Shown: positions 40,101 through 50,443, counted from the first letter of the stretch. The stretch is 64,000 bases of DNA from Spirochaetia bacterium (GCA_965226055.1 CBDDCA010000006.1:864001-928000), one strand, 5' to 3'. Notes: generated by a model not told the origin, from the sequence alone. Numbers and translations: made by a program.

Positions 40101-43100
40101 ATGGGGATATATCGGGCTGGGATGTCAGTGCTGTTGTGAATATGGATAGCATGTTTGAAGGATCAAAATTTACTGGGGAGCATGGGGATATAAGTGGATG
40201 GAATGTGAGTAACGTGATAAATATGAATGATATGTTTAAGAAGTCATTATATAACGGGAATATATCAGGCTGGGATGTGAGCAATGTGGAACATATGAGC
40301 GGGATGTTTCAAGAGGCAATGTATAACAAAGATATAACGAAGTGGGATGTGAGAAATGTTGTTGATATGGAAGCAATGTTCTATAAAAATACGGTATTTA
40401 ATCAAGGGATAGTAGGCTGGAATGTGCGAAAGGTAGGCAATATGAAGTTGATGTTTAGTGAAACAGGAGCGTTTAATCAAGATATATCGGATTGGTCAGT
40501 TGATAGTGTTGTGAATGTGGAAAAGATGTTTCAAGGAGCAAAGAGGTTTAATCAAGATTTGGAGAGCTGGGCAGAGCATGTGCAAGGCAGGACAATAAAT
40601 AAAAAAGATATATTCAATACGGGAGCAGGAGATGGAGGAGAGGTAATACCAGTAGGGAAGATACCGACTTGGTTGTATACCTTTAGTGTCGTGCTTGATG
40701 GAAAAGAGAGCAATGTATTGAATGTGTTTCAAGGCAAGGATATTCGCATAACGATAGAAAAGAAGTATCCTACTAAGGCGACAGGAACATATTCTATATC
40801 TCCTAACATACAGACTGATATAGGGCTCACGTTGAATAAAGATACGGGGACAATAACAGGAAATCCGAACAAAGCAGTGAGCATGCAAGAATATACAGTG
40901 ACATTTACAGGGACAAGAGAGTATGCAGGCAAAGTGTTTACCCTGCCGTTGAAGATAACGGTAGTAGAGGGGACCTATCAGTATTTTCCAAAGAGTAAAG
41001 CAGCCTTGATAACAGCAATAAAAGAAGTGATGGACACAGATGAAAATGGGAAACCTGATGATAATGGAGCAAATTTGAATGTTATATACACAGGCAATAT
41101 CACAGATATGAGTTATGTATTTAATGATAGTGCCTTGAGGAGCTTTACTGGAGATATATCAGGTTGGAATGTAAGTAATGTTGTCAATATGCGGGATATG
41201 TTTAAGGAGAGTCGATTTACTGGAGATATATCAAGGTGGGATGTAAGTAATGTGAGATATATGCAAGGTATGTTTTATAAATCGCAGTTTACTGGAGATA
41301 TATCAGGCTGGGATGTAAGTGATGTAGAACAGATGCACTGGATGTTCCGTGAATCGCAATTTAATGGGGATATATCAAACTGGAAGGTAAGCAAAGTAAC
41401 AAATATGAGTAATATGTTTCGAGGAGCGAAGAAATTTAATCAAGATTTGGATGGCTGGGCAGAGCATGTGCAAGGCAGGACAATAAATAAAAAAGATATA
41501 TTCAAAAATAAAGCAGGAGATGGGTTTATAGCATCGCTCTCAGATGAGAATATTGCATCGTGGATATATACGCTTACGCAAACATATGAAGGGACGGCAC
41601 TCAACGCCTTTCCTTTGTTGACAGGGCGTCAGGTGAATATCGTTCTTACTAAAAATCCATCTGCTGCAACAGGAAGCTATGATCTTCAACCAAATACATT
41701 GCGAGTGGATACTGGCCTGCATTTTAATAAAAATACAGGAGAGATATACGGGACACCCACAAGAGCATTAGCGAGTAAAAGCTATACGGTAAAATTTACA
41801 GGCGGTGGTGCGTATAGTGGCAAGGATGTGCAGAAGGTATTTACGATAAAGGTAGAGGTAAATAATGGAGTCAATGGATATAAGTATTTTCCTACGAATA
41901 AGTCAGCATTGATAACAGCAATAAAGGCAGTAATGAATGCAGACGATGATGGAGATGGAAATGCAAATGGAAATACGGCTAATTTGAATAGAATATATAC
42001 AAGACATATTACCGATATGAGCAAAGTATTTAAAGCAGCAGCATTGAGAAATTTTAATGGAGACATATCAAAGTGGGATGTGAGTAATGTGAAGAATATG
42101 GCAGATATGTTTAATGGGAGTACATTTAATGGAGATATATCGGGCTGGGATGTAAGGAGTACGACAAATATAGCAGGTATGTTTGCTTTGAGTACATTTA
42201 ATGGGGATATATCGGGCTGGGATGTAAGGAATGTAACAAAGATGGGATGGATGTTTTATAAAGCGAAAGCATTTAATAAGGATATATCGGACTGGGCAGT
42301 CGATAAGGTGACTGATATGCAAAAGATGTTTTATGGAGCAATAGCATTTGATCAAGATGTAGAAGCATGGAAAGATCATATGGGGGGCAGATCAGTCAAT
42401 ATATCAGATATGTTCAAAAATGCATCAGGGAATGGCTTGATAGCATCACTCTCAAGTGAGCATATACCATCGTGGTTATATACATTTACCCAAACATATG
42501 AAGGGGCGGGACTCAATACATTTCCTTTGTTGACAGGGCGTCAGGTGAGCGTTGTTCTTACGAAGTATCCATCTTCTGCGACAGGAAGCTATGAGCTACA
42601 ACCAGATACATTGCAAGTGGATACTGGCTTGCGTTTTAATAAAAATACAGGAGAGATACATGGTACTCCCACGAAAGCATTAGTAAGTAAAAGTTACACG
42701 GTGAAGTTTATTGGGAATGGTGCGTATAATGGAAAGAATGCACAAAAAGTGTTTACGATACAAGTGGAAGAAAAAAGTGGCATCTATGAGTATAAGTATT
42801 TTCCAAAGAGTAAAGCAGCCTTGATAACAGCGATAAAAGCGGTAATGAATGCAGACGATGATGGGGATGGGAATGCAAATGGAAATACAGCTAACTTGAA
42901 TGTAATATATACAGGAAATATAAGTGATATGAGTGGAGTATTTAATACTGTAGCATTGAGAAATTTTAATGGGGATATATCAAAGTGGAATGTGAGCAAT
43001 GTTACAAATATGAACAGTATGTTTGAAAGTAATACTGCATTTAATGGGGATATAACAGGATGGTCAGTGGATAGTGTAACTACTATGCAGAGGATGTTTC

Positions 43101-44743
43101 GAGGAGCGACATCGTTTGATAAGGACTTGGAAGCATGGGCAGAACATATAGGAGATAGAGCAGTGAATGTATCGGATATATTTACTAATGCTAGTGATAC
43201 TGGGTACATATTCTCTGATAAGACGAAAATACCGAGTTGGGCCTATGAGGTATCTCAGAGCTATAAAGGAACAGTATCATCATCGTTTATAGTATTTACT
43301 GGGCAGGATATAAGAGTATCATTGACAAATACAGGAGTTTCAAACTTTGATGCAACAGGAGCATATAGCATAGAGCCAAGTACCTTTACTGCAGACACAG
43401 GATTACGCTTTAGTGCAAGTGATGGGCAGATAAGCGGAGCTCCTACAAAAGCAGTATCAGGTAAGTATACTATAGTGTTTACAGGGAATAATGCATATGC
43501 AGGAAAAAAAGCAGAGCAGTCATTTACTATAACGATACACAAAGTGAATGGGACCTATACCTATTATCCTCTTACAAAATCAGAGTTACAAGAGGCTATG
43601 AAGACACTCATATCTGCATATGGGAATGATGTGGATTTGAATGTAATATATACGGGGCATATTACGAATATGAGCAGGTTATTTTTTAGGAGTGGAGTAT
43701 CTCCATCGTTTAATGGTAATATGTCGCAGTGGGATGTAAGTAATGTTACAAATATGGCATTTATGTTTGCTAATGCACATTTTAATGGTGATATATCGAA
43801 TTGGAATGTAAGCAAAGTGGGAAATATGGAGTACATGTTTAGTGGTTCTCGTTTTAATGGAGATATATCATTGTGGGATGTAGGGAATGTTAGAAATATG
43901 AGTGCTATGTTTTATGGTGCTAGAACCTTTAATAAGGATATATCAAGTTGGGATGTAAGTAAGGTTGCTTATATGGATGGTATGTTTTGGAATAGTAAAT
44001 TTAATGGAAATATATCAAAATGGAATGTAGGGAATGTTAGAAATATGTGGTATATGTTTAGAGGTTCTTCCTTTACAGGAGAGCATGGAGGTATAGCAGA
44101 TTGGAATGTGAGTAGAGTTACAAATATGGAGTATACATTTGGAGATAATCGATTTAATGGAGATATCTCAAGGTGGAATGTAAGTAGTGTAACCTCAATG
44201 CTTGGTATGTTTAGCGGTTCTCATTTTGATGGGGATATATCAAAGTGGGATGTAAGGAATGTTACTATGATGAGACTTATGTTTAAGGGATCTTCCTTTA
44301 CGGGAAAGCATGGGGGTATGCCAGATTGGCAAACAGGGAAGGTGCGGGATATGCAAGGTATGTTTGAGGAAAGTAAATTTAATGGAGATATATCAAGATG
44401 GGATACAAGTAAAGTTATAAATATGTATTATATGTTTAAGAATAATAAAGTATTCAATCAAGATTTATCAAAGTGGGATATAAGGAAAGTTATAAATATA
44501 AGAGAGATGTTTATGGGAGCAATAGCCTTTAATCAAGATATATCAGACTGGGTATTTGAAACAACACATAATCTTACGAGTATATTGGAAGGTGCAACAG
44601 CCTTTAATCAGGACATATATAAATGGGGAAGACATGTAAGCAAAAATGATTGGCCTTCTGCATTTAGAGGTACTGCTTTAGAAAAAAATGGTAAGGTACC
44701 AGATTGGGCAGGAGGAAGCTATACGGGACCTGCATCCCCTTAA
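37181..44743 (+). CDS. giant BspA/DUF285 lipoprotein: 8 DUF285 blocks alternating with 7 putative Ig domains
   Basis: RBS AAGGAGG; VLIS-C lipobox; FNGDISxWDVSNVxNMxxMF repeats; GLxFxxxTGxIxGxPT Ig motifs. Confidence 0.9.
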   Translation: MKKYVLFSIMILSIYMTVVVLISCEEPSSGSSGSSSGGNTAPDGYVQPETKAQLLTLISEQVGKDSRANLNSIDTSKISDMSSLFVKYPTFNGNISKWNVSNVVNMSSMFEGVTSFNGDISDWKVSKVTDMSSMFKQATAFNGNVSQWDVSAVVNMSSTFQGAVLFNADISKWDMSSVAKMDSMFEGARTFNQDTKLWNVAPLVSTSSKNVFKDSGVSKEPRWLTLEVALKPKEMLFAVVGQALDFSISRYPVTATGTFALTPVNTGDKLPAGMVFDRATGTITASAGAISAASKDAPIEFTVTFTGTGAFEKAENSNVTGTLSVLVQNVPTTKEELVAILKQIVDTDGNGSIDKATVSLNDIDVSGITDMSGLFHDEVLSKFTGDISGWDVSNVVNMNSMFRSSQFNGDISDWDVGKVVDMRKMFYEAQFTQDVEDWAEHIEGRKVDTTEAFSNGKGGLIFSEEKLPTWAYIFELRLNGSKIDTVTVVQGERVKILLDTQLPSSVTGEYAIHPDIAMDTGGIKFDKATGTISGIPTKQVSKKSYTIMFIGNGQYQGKSKALVLRVAVKENQGKYTHYPTSRAQLITAIKEKMDIDGDRVLDDIKADLNTIFTSNITDMRGVFYESSLRSFNGDISKWDVSNVMRMDEMFRKSSFTGDISGWDVSKVVNMNSMFEGSKFNGDISGWDVSKVADMGAMFKDNTVFNGNIASWKVGNVNNMHSLFYNAQSFNQDIRSWDVSNVVDMERMLYKAIAFDKDISGWAVDRVTDMQHMFQGANSFNQDLEAWKEHIGSRTVDTTDIFRNAANNGNIVSSEKLPSWVYALQYSYNAKAVTEVVVEKDSSSVVFRMARVPKEATGGYTIEPNTLRLDTGLTLDAATGDISGVPTKALSKKEYTITFTGTNAYSGKRASTSLSISINDLSGKKYIPQSKIELIENIKTEIGLNGNTADLNGIYTGYITNMSGIFYHNVLRDFNGDISGWDVSAVVNMDSMFEGSKFTGEHGDISGWNVSNVINMNDMFKKSLYNGNISGWDVSNVEHMSGMFQEAMYNKDITKWDVRNVVDMEAMFYKNTVFNQGIVGWNVRKVGNMKLMFSETGAFNQDISDWSVDSVVNVEKMFQGAKRFNQDLESWAEHVQGRTINKKDIFNTGAGDGGEVIPVGKIPTWLYTFSVVLDGKESNVLNVFQGKDIRITIEKKYPTKATGTYSISPNIQTDIGLTLNKDTGTITGNPNKAVSMQEYTVTFTGTREYAGKVFTLPLKITVVEGTYQYFPKSKAALITAIKEVMDTDENGKPDDNGANLNVIYTGNITDMSYVFNDSALRSFTGDISGWNVSNVVNMRDMFKESRFTGDISRWDVSNVRYMQGMFYKSQFTGDISGWDVSDVEQMHWMFRESQFNGDISNWKVSKVTNMSNMFRGAKKFNQDLDGWAEHVQGRTINKKDIFKNKAGDGFIASLSDENIASWIYTLTQTYEGTALNAFPLLTGRQVNIVLTKNPSAATGSYDLQPNTLRVDTGLHFNKNTGEIYGTPTRALASKSYTVKFTGGGAYSGKDVQKVFTIKVEVNNGVNGYKYFPTNKSALITAIKAVMNADDDGDGNANGNTANLNRIYTRHITDMSKVFKAAALRNFNGDISKWDVSNVKNMADMFNGSTFNGDISGWDVRSTTNIAGMFALSTFNGDISGWDVRNVTKMGWMFYKAKAFNKDISDWAVDKVTDMQKMFYGAIAFDQDVEAWKDHMGGRSVNISDMFKNASGNGLIASLSSEHIPSWLYTFTQTYEGAGLNTFPLLTGRQVSVVLTKYPSSATGSYELQPDTLQVDTGLRFNKNTGEIHGTPTKALVSKSYTVKFIGNGAYNGKNAQKVFTIQVEEKSGIYEYKYFPKSKAALITAIKAVMNADDDGDGNANGNTANLNVIYTGNISDMSGVFNTVALRNFNGDISKWNVSNVTNMNSMFESNTAFNGDITGWSVDSVTTMQRMFRGATSFDKDLEAWAEHIGDRAVNVSDIFTNASDTGYIFSDKTKIPSWAYEVSQSYKGTVSSSFIVFTGQDIRVSLTNTGVSNFDATGAYSIEPSTFTADTGLRFSASDGQISGAPTKAVSGKYTIVFTGNNAYAGKKAEQSFTITIHKVNGTYTYYPLTKSELQEAMKTLISAYGNDVDLNVIYTGHITNMSRLFFRSGVSPSFNGNMSQWDVSNVTNMAFMFANAHFNGDISNWNVSKVGNMEYMFSGSRFNGDISLWDVGNVRNMSAMFYGARTFNKDISSWDVSKVAYMDGMFWNSKFNGNISKWNVGNVRNMWYMFRGSSFTGEHGGIADWNVSRVTNMEYTFGDNRFNGDISRWNVSSVTSMLGMFSGSHFDGDISKWDVRNVTMMRLMFKGSSFTGKHGGMPDWQTGKVRDMQGMFEESKFNGDISRWDTSKVINMYYMFKNNKVFNQDLSKWDIRKVINIREMFMGAIAFNQDISDWVFETTHNLTSILEGATAFNQDIYKWGRHVSKNDWPSAFRGTALEKNGKVPDWAGGSYTGPASP

Positions 44744-44843
44744 AGGAGAGGGTAGAAGTGTATAAACAGTAATGACGATGTGCATATATTTTTTATAATT
44801 CTCTTGAATAGAAACGCTAATAATGATAGTATTAAAATTAGTA

Positions 44844-44931
44844 GGAGAGATGTCCGAGTGGTTTAAGGAGGCGGTCTTGAAAACCGTTGTGCGGTAACCC
44901 CGTACCCTGGGTTCGAATCCCAGTCTCTCCG
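44844..44931 (+). tRNA. tRNA-Ser(TGA)
   Basis: GGAGAGA/TCTCTCC acceptor stem, GCGGT-CTTGAAA-ACCGT anticodon arm, long variable arm, GGTTCGAATCC. Confidence 0.96.
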
Positions 44932-45036
44932 TTTTTTGATATACTCTGATACAAAAGTTCATTTAGGAAAATGGACTTCTATTCTTTAGCTCTAATGCTT
45001 AAAACAGTTATTTTAGAATTTTTGTATAATAACTTT

Positions 45037-47204
45037 ATGAATAAATTGAAAGTAAATTTTCAACACTGCTATGGCATTAAAAGCCTTAAACAAGAGTTTG
45101 AGTTTAAAAATAACAGTAAGGCTTTTTCAATATATGCCCAAAATGGAGTAATGAAAACATCATTTGCAAAAACTTTTGATGATTACTCAAAAGACGAAGA
45201 AACACAAGATAGGCTTTTCCAGATAGAGAAACTGTGAGAGAAATTACAGCGGATGGAGAAGATATAAATCCTGAAAGTATTTTTGTTATCAAACCATATG
45301 ACGAAAAGTATCAATCAGAAAAGATATCAACATTACTTGCTAGTCAAAAACTAAAGGAAACATATGATTCTATTTACCAAAATATTGATAATGCAAAAGA
45401 TGATCTATTTAGAGAACTATCTGGCTTAGCAGGACAAGGAGAAGATAGTATAGAGGAAGAGATAGAAAATGTATTTGATAATAAACCTTTTCTTGATATC
45501 CTGCTTGAGAAGGAGAAGGAAATTTCTGTTCCTAAAAATGATTCATTTCCGTATCATGATATTCAATATCAGACTATTTTTAATGGCACAGTTAAAAAAT
45601 TTTTAGAGACAAAAGATGTTAAAGAGAGTATAAAAGAATATATTGAAAAATATAATGAACTTATTGAAGAATCACCATATTTAAAAAGAGAATTTAATAT
45701 ATATCATTTTGAAAAAATACAAAGCCAACTTGAAAAAAACAATTTTTTTAATGCAAGTCATTCTGTAAATTTATTTGATGGTAAAAATAAAAATGAATAT
45801 TCAAGTAGTGATGAATTAAAAACAACTTTAGAAACAGCAAAAAAAGACATTTTAAATAATGCAGAACTTCAAAGCATTTTTGATACGATTAATAAAAAAA
45901 TCAAAAATAATGATTTAAGAAATTTTCGTGATTACTTACTAAACAATCAAGAAATTTTATCAAAATTGGCTGATCTGCCAAAGTTAGCAAAAAATATATG
46001 GTGTTCATATTTTGTAGAGCATAAAGCATTATTTTTAGATTTGACAAAAAAATATAAAGATGGGCAAGAAAAGATTAAAGAAATTTTAGCTGAAGCAGAA
46101 AAAGAAACAACTGAATGGGATAATGTGATTAGTATTTTTAATACAAGATTTTCTCAATTACCGTTTCATTTAGAAATAAAGAATCAGAAAGATGTTATTT
46201 TAAGAGAGGATACCCCAACTATTGAATTTGTGTTTGAAGATAAATATAGCAAGGATGAAAAAATTTACAAAGATAAAGAAGAGCTTTTAAAAATATTAAG
46301 TAGAGGGGAGCAAAGAGCATTATATATTTTGAATATTATTTTTGAAATGGAAGCAAGAAAAGGAGAGGAAGATGAAACATTATTTGTTTTTGATGATATA
46401 GCAGATTCTTTTGATTATAAAAATAAGTATGCAATAATTGAATATTTGAAGTATATGTCTGAAGAGAAAAATTTCTATATGCTCATATTAACTTATAATT
46501 TTGATTTCTTTAGAACAGTAAAGAGTAGAGGAATTTCTTCTTATAACCAATGTTTTATTGCAATCAAAAACGATTCAGAAGTTACGTTGGAAAAGGTACA
46601 ATATTTAAACAACCCTTTCACAGAATTGAAAAAAGATTTGAAGGATAATAAAAAATTAATTTCATCAATTCCATTTTTAAGAAATATTATTGAATATACA
46701 CAAGGCAAAGAAAATGATGATTATTCAAAGTTGACATCTGTATTGCATTATAAAAATAATACTGAGTATCTGACAGTAGGATGTATAAAGGAGGTTTTTA
46801 AGAACAATATTAAAAATATAAATTTTCCAGAAGATAATTTAGATAAAAAAATACTTGAGTTAGTTTTTGAGACAGCAGATAAATGCTTAAATGCAAATGA
46901 AGGGATAAATTTAGAAAATAAAATAGTCCTTTCAATTGCAATTAGATTAAAAGCTGAGCAGTTTATGAAATCTAACATAAAAAACAAACATGATAGAGAA
47001 GGTAATCAAACTTGGAAATTATTTAAAGATTACGAAAAAGAATTCTCAAATAAAAAAGAGAATATAGAAATTTTAAAAAGAGTAATTTTAATTACTCCAG
47101 AAAATATTCATATCAATTCATTTATGTATGAGCCAATATTGGATATGGGGGATATTGAGTTGAGAGAATTATATAAAAAAACAAAGGAGAAACTAAAAGT
47201 TTAG
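45037..47204 (+). pseudogene. ABC/AAA-type ATPase (RloC/PrrC-like accessory defence-type protein) split by a 1-nt frameshift near 45214
   Basis: Walker A-like YAQNGVMKTS in the first frame; signature LSRGEQRA and Walker B FVFDD-DSFD in the second; adding one base at CTTTTCC gives DRLFPDRETVREIT. Confidence 0.7.
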
Positions 47205-47215
47205 CAGATAAAAAA

Positions 47216-47289
47216 TGGAGATAAAGGGATTCGAACCCTTGACCCCTAGAATGCAAATCTAGTGCTCTAGCCAGCTGAGCTATATCCCC
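47216..47289 (-). tRNA. tRNA-Ala(TGC)
   Basis: GGGGATA/TATCTCC acceptor stem with G3:U70, CTAGA-TTTGCAT-TCTAG anticodon arm, GGTTCGAATCC. Confidence 0.96.
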
Positions 47290-47352
47290 ATGTAATATAC
47301 AGTGTATCATCAAGTAAAAAAAAATGCAAGTGTGGGTATACGGTATTTGGAA

Positions 47353-47373
47353 ATTCAAGCATTAAGTGCGATA
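47353..47373. repeat. dispersed intergenic element, degenerate inverted copy C
   Basis: ATTCAAGCATTAAGTGCGATA, 17/21 to the reverse complement of the 63.7-kb copy. Confidence 0.45.
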
Positions 47374-47539
47374 AAGTAGTAATATAAGACAGCGTTCTCT
47401 GTTTTTTTTTGTTTCATGTGATTTTTTGTTCTTATTTCTATGGTAAAATTCCAAATTTTCCAAGAAATTAAATTGCATTAATAAGTAATTTCATGGTATA
47501 CTATTACTAATAAAATTAAATTATAAATGGTAGGTATTT

Positions 47540-48652
47540 ATGGCACTAACAATTGGTATTTTAAAAGAATCTGATTCGCGTGTTGCAATAGTTCCAGACA
47601 GTATCAAAGATCTGCAAAAATTAGGGCTTACATTACAGCTCGTAAAGGATGCAGGTACTGCAGCTGGTTTTCCAGATGATATGTATACTAAACAAAAAGC
47701 AAAAGTGGTTACTAAACCTGTTTTGCTAAGTAAGTCTGATATTATTGTTTCACTCAATCCGATATCATCAGTTGATCAATTAAAACTTAAGGCAAATGCT
47801 GTTTTAATTTCTCGCTATGCCCCTTATGACAATAAAAGTAAGGTAAAGGGATATGTAAAGAAAAATCACACTCTATTTAGTTTAGATATGATTCCACGAA
47901 TTACAGTCGCACAATCTTCTGACGTATTGTCTTCTTTGGCGTCAATAGCAGGATATAAAGCGGTACTAATAGCAGCTAACACGCTTACGCGGTATTATCC
48001 AATGCTCACTACTGCAGCTGGAAGTATTCCTCCTGCGAAAGTATTGGTAATTGGGGCAGGGGTAGCAGGGTTGCAAGCAATTGCTACTGCACGTCGTTTA
48101 GGTGCTGTAGTAGAAGCCTCTGATACAAGAGCTGCAGCAAAGGATGAAGTAAAGAGTTTAGGCGCAAAATTTGTTGAAGTAGAAGGAGCAACTGATGATA
48201 CATCTGCTGGAGGGTATGCTGTAGAGCAGACAGAAGAATATAAGAAGAAACAGAAAGAAGCACTTGCTGCAAGTGTAGCCCGTTCTGATGTTGTTATTGC
48301 AACTGCACAGTTACGAGGAAAGCCTGCTCCTAAAATTATTACGAAGGCAATGGTAGAATCTATGAAGCCTGGAGGAGTAATTGTTGATTTGGCATCATCT
48401 ACGGGAGGAAACTGTGAACTGAGTAAAGATAACAAGACTATTAAGCATAAAGGTATTACTATTATTGGTAATTCTGATCTTTCTGAGCAAGTAGCTTCTC
48501 ATGCATCGGTACTATACAGTAAGAATGCTTTTAATTTTATAAAATTTATGCTGGATGAGAAAGGGAAGCTTGAGCCTACAACTCTTACTCATGAAGTAGT
48601 TGAAAAAAGCTGTATTGTTCATAAAGGACAACTTTTATATAAGGAGAAGTAA
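47540..48652 (+). CDS. pntA: NAD(P) transhydrogenase alpha subunit, domain I part
   Basis: Motifs PRITVAQ, IAGYKAV, TAAGSIPPAKVLVIGAGVAGLQAIATARRLGA, GGNCE. Confidence 0.94.
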   Translation: MALTIGILKESDSRVAIVPDSIKDLQKLGLTLQLVKDAGTAAGFPDDMYTKQKAKVVTKPVLLSKSDIIVSLNPISSVDQLKLKANAVLISRYAPYDNKSKVKGYVKKNHTLFSLDMIPRITVAQSSDVLSSLASIAGYKAVLIAANTLTRYYPMLTTAAGSIPPAKVLVIGAGVAGLQAIATARRLGAVVEASDTRAAAKDEVKSLGAKFVEVEGATDDTSAGGYAVEQTEEYKKKQKEALAASVARSDVVIATAQLRGKPAPKIITKAMVESMKPGGVIVDLASSTGGNCELSKDNKTIKHKGITIIGNSDLSEQVASHASVLYSKNAFNFIKFMLDEKGKLEPTTLTHEVVEKSCIVHKGQLLYKEK

Positions 48653-48653
48653 T

Positions 48654-48980
48654 ATGACTATTATTGAAGGAATTTTAGGGTATCTTTCACAGTATTTAAC
48701 ACAGATAACTATGCTAATTTTTGCATCTTTTGTAGGAATGGAAATAATAGGACGTGTTCCTACACTGCTTCATACTCCTCTTATGTCTGGAGCAAATGCA
48801 ATTAGTGGAGTAACTGTTATTGGTGGTATCTATCTTGTACGTACTGCAAGCACTGGGGATGTGCTTACTATCTTTTTAGGGGCACTTGCTGTGTTCTTAG
48901 GAGCTATCAATGTAGCTGGTGGTTTTGCCGTTACAAATCGTATGCTTGAAAAATTTAAGAAAGAGAAGGGGGATTCTTAA
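48654..48980 (+). CDS. pntA: NAD(P) transhydrogenase alpha subunit, membrane part
   Basis: Motifs VPTLLHTPLMSGANAISG, NVAGGFAVTNRML; RBS AAGGAG. Confidence 0.93.
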   Translation: MTIIEGILGYLSQYLTQITMLIFASFVGMEIIGRVPTLLHTPLMSGANAISGVTVIGGIYLVRTASTGDVLTIFLGALAVFLGAINVAGGFAVTNRMLEKFKKEKGDS

Positions 48981-48981
48981 A

Positions 48982-50391
48982 ATGAATTATTCTGATACTA
49001 TAGTAGAAATCTTCTATTTAATTGGAACTATCTTTTTTATTTATGGCATAAAAAGAATGTCTCACCCTGATACTGCTCGAAATGGAAACTTTATTGGTGC
49101 AATTGGTATGGTGATAGGTATTGTAACAATATTATTTTCTCCGCTTAGCAATGCTAATAGTAATGTAGTTCTTGTTTATGCCATAATTTTTATTGCTCTT
49201 ATAGCAGGATCTATTATTGGAATATATGCGTCAGTAAAGGTAAAATTAACTGCAATGCCCGAAATGGTATCTTTGTTTAATGGCTTTGGTGGTGGATGTT
49301 CTATGCTTATTGGATATACAGAGCTATATAAACTAGTAGGCACTCCTGTTGCAGCTAATCCTTTGCTTGTACTCACTGGTATTTTTGCTGTATTTGTTGG
49401 TGCTATTACATTGATAGGATCAATAGTAGCATGGGGGAAACTTTCGGGTTTTTTAAGGGATGCAATAAAATTGCCATTTCCTCAAATTATTAATCTTGTC
49501 TTACTTATTGTGACCATTGTGGTAGGGTATTATGTGATGACCGCCTCAGTACTCAGTCTTGGAATAATTGGTTTACTCATACTTATTTCATGTGTATATG
49601 GGTTTACTTTTGTTACTCCAATAGGTGGTGGGGATATGCCAGTGGTAATATCATTGCTTAATTCTTTTAGTGGTGTGGCGGCAACTATTTCAGGTTTACT
49701 CTATAACAACACATTTATGATTGTTGGGGGACTATTGGTGGGAGCATCAGGTACTATTCTTACTATTTTAATGTGTAAAGCTATGAATCGCTCCCTTATC
49801 AATGTATTGATTGGTGGGTTAGGAGCTACTGCGCTTGCTGTTGACGGAGATGAGAATAAGGTGGTTCGTGAAGTTTCATTTGCAGATCTTGCCGTACAGC
49901 TTAAGTATTCTGGTAAAGTTATGATTGTCCCTGGATATGGCTTAGCGGTAGCACAAGCACAACACGCTTGTCATGAGCTTGAAAAACAGTTAGAAGCAGA
50001 AGGGGTGCAAGTGGCATATGCAATTCATCCAGTCGCTGGACGTATGCCTGGTCACATGAATGTATTGCTTGCTGAAGCACAGGTATCATATGAAAAACTT
50101 CTTGAATTAGAGCCTGCAAATGAACAGTTTCCTAGTACGGATGTTATTCTTGTAATAGGAGCAAATGATGTTGTAAACCCTGCAGCAAAAGAAAATCCTG
50201 GCAGTCCTATATATGGTATGCCTATTCTTGATGTAGAACAAGCTAAGACCGTTATTGTTTTTAAGCGTAGTATGAGAACAGGGTATGCTGGAGTAGATAA
50301 CCCTCTTTTTTATAAAGAGAATACGCGTATGCTTTTTGGTGATGCGAAAGATAGCTTGTCAAAGCTAAAGTCCGAAGTAGCCAGTGTATAA
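48982..50391 (+). CDS. pntB: NAD(P) transhydrogenase beta subunit
   Basis: Motifs GGGDMPVVISLLNS, PGYGLAVAQAQ, HPVAGRMPGHMNVLLAEA, GANDVVNPAA. Confidence 0.96.
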   Translation: MNYSDTIVEIFYLIGTIFFIYGIKRMSHPDTARNGNFIGAIGMVIGIVTILFSPLSNANSNVVLVYAIIFIALIAGSIIGIYASVKVKLTAMPEMVSLFNGFGGGCSMLIGYTELYKLVGTPVAANPLLVLTGIFAVFVGAITLIGSIVAWGKLSGFLRDAIKLPFPQIINLVLLIVTIVVGYYVMTASVLSLGIIGLLILISCVYGFTFVTPIGGGDMPVVISLLNSFSGVAATISGLLYNNTFMIVGGLLVGASGTILTILMCKAMNRSLINVLIGGLGATALAVDGDENKVVREVSFADLAVQLKYSGKVMIVPGYGLAVAQAQHACHELEKQLEAEGVQVAYAIHPVAGRMPGHMNVLLAEAQVSYEKLLELEPANEQFPSTDVILVIGANDVVNPAAKENPGSPIYGMPILDVEQAKTVIVFKRSMRTGYAGVDNPLFYKENTRMLFGDAKDSLSKLKSEVASV

Positions 50392-50406
50392 TATATCATT
50401 GATAAT

Positions 50407-50441
50407 AATAAAAAAGCCTCCTATACGGAGGCTTTTTTATT
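50407..50441. terminator. bidirectional rho-independent terminator
   Basis: AATAAAAAAGCCTCC-TATAC-GGAGGCTTTTTTATT between convergent genes. Confidence 0.92.
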
Positions 50442-50443
50442 GC

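Noticed and set aside
37147-43836. Numerous antisense ORFs over the adhesins and other genes
   Set aside because: Shadow frames caused by repeats and codon bias; no independent motifs
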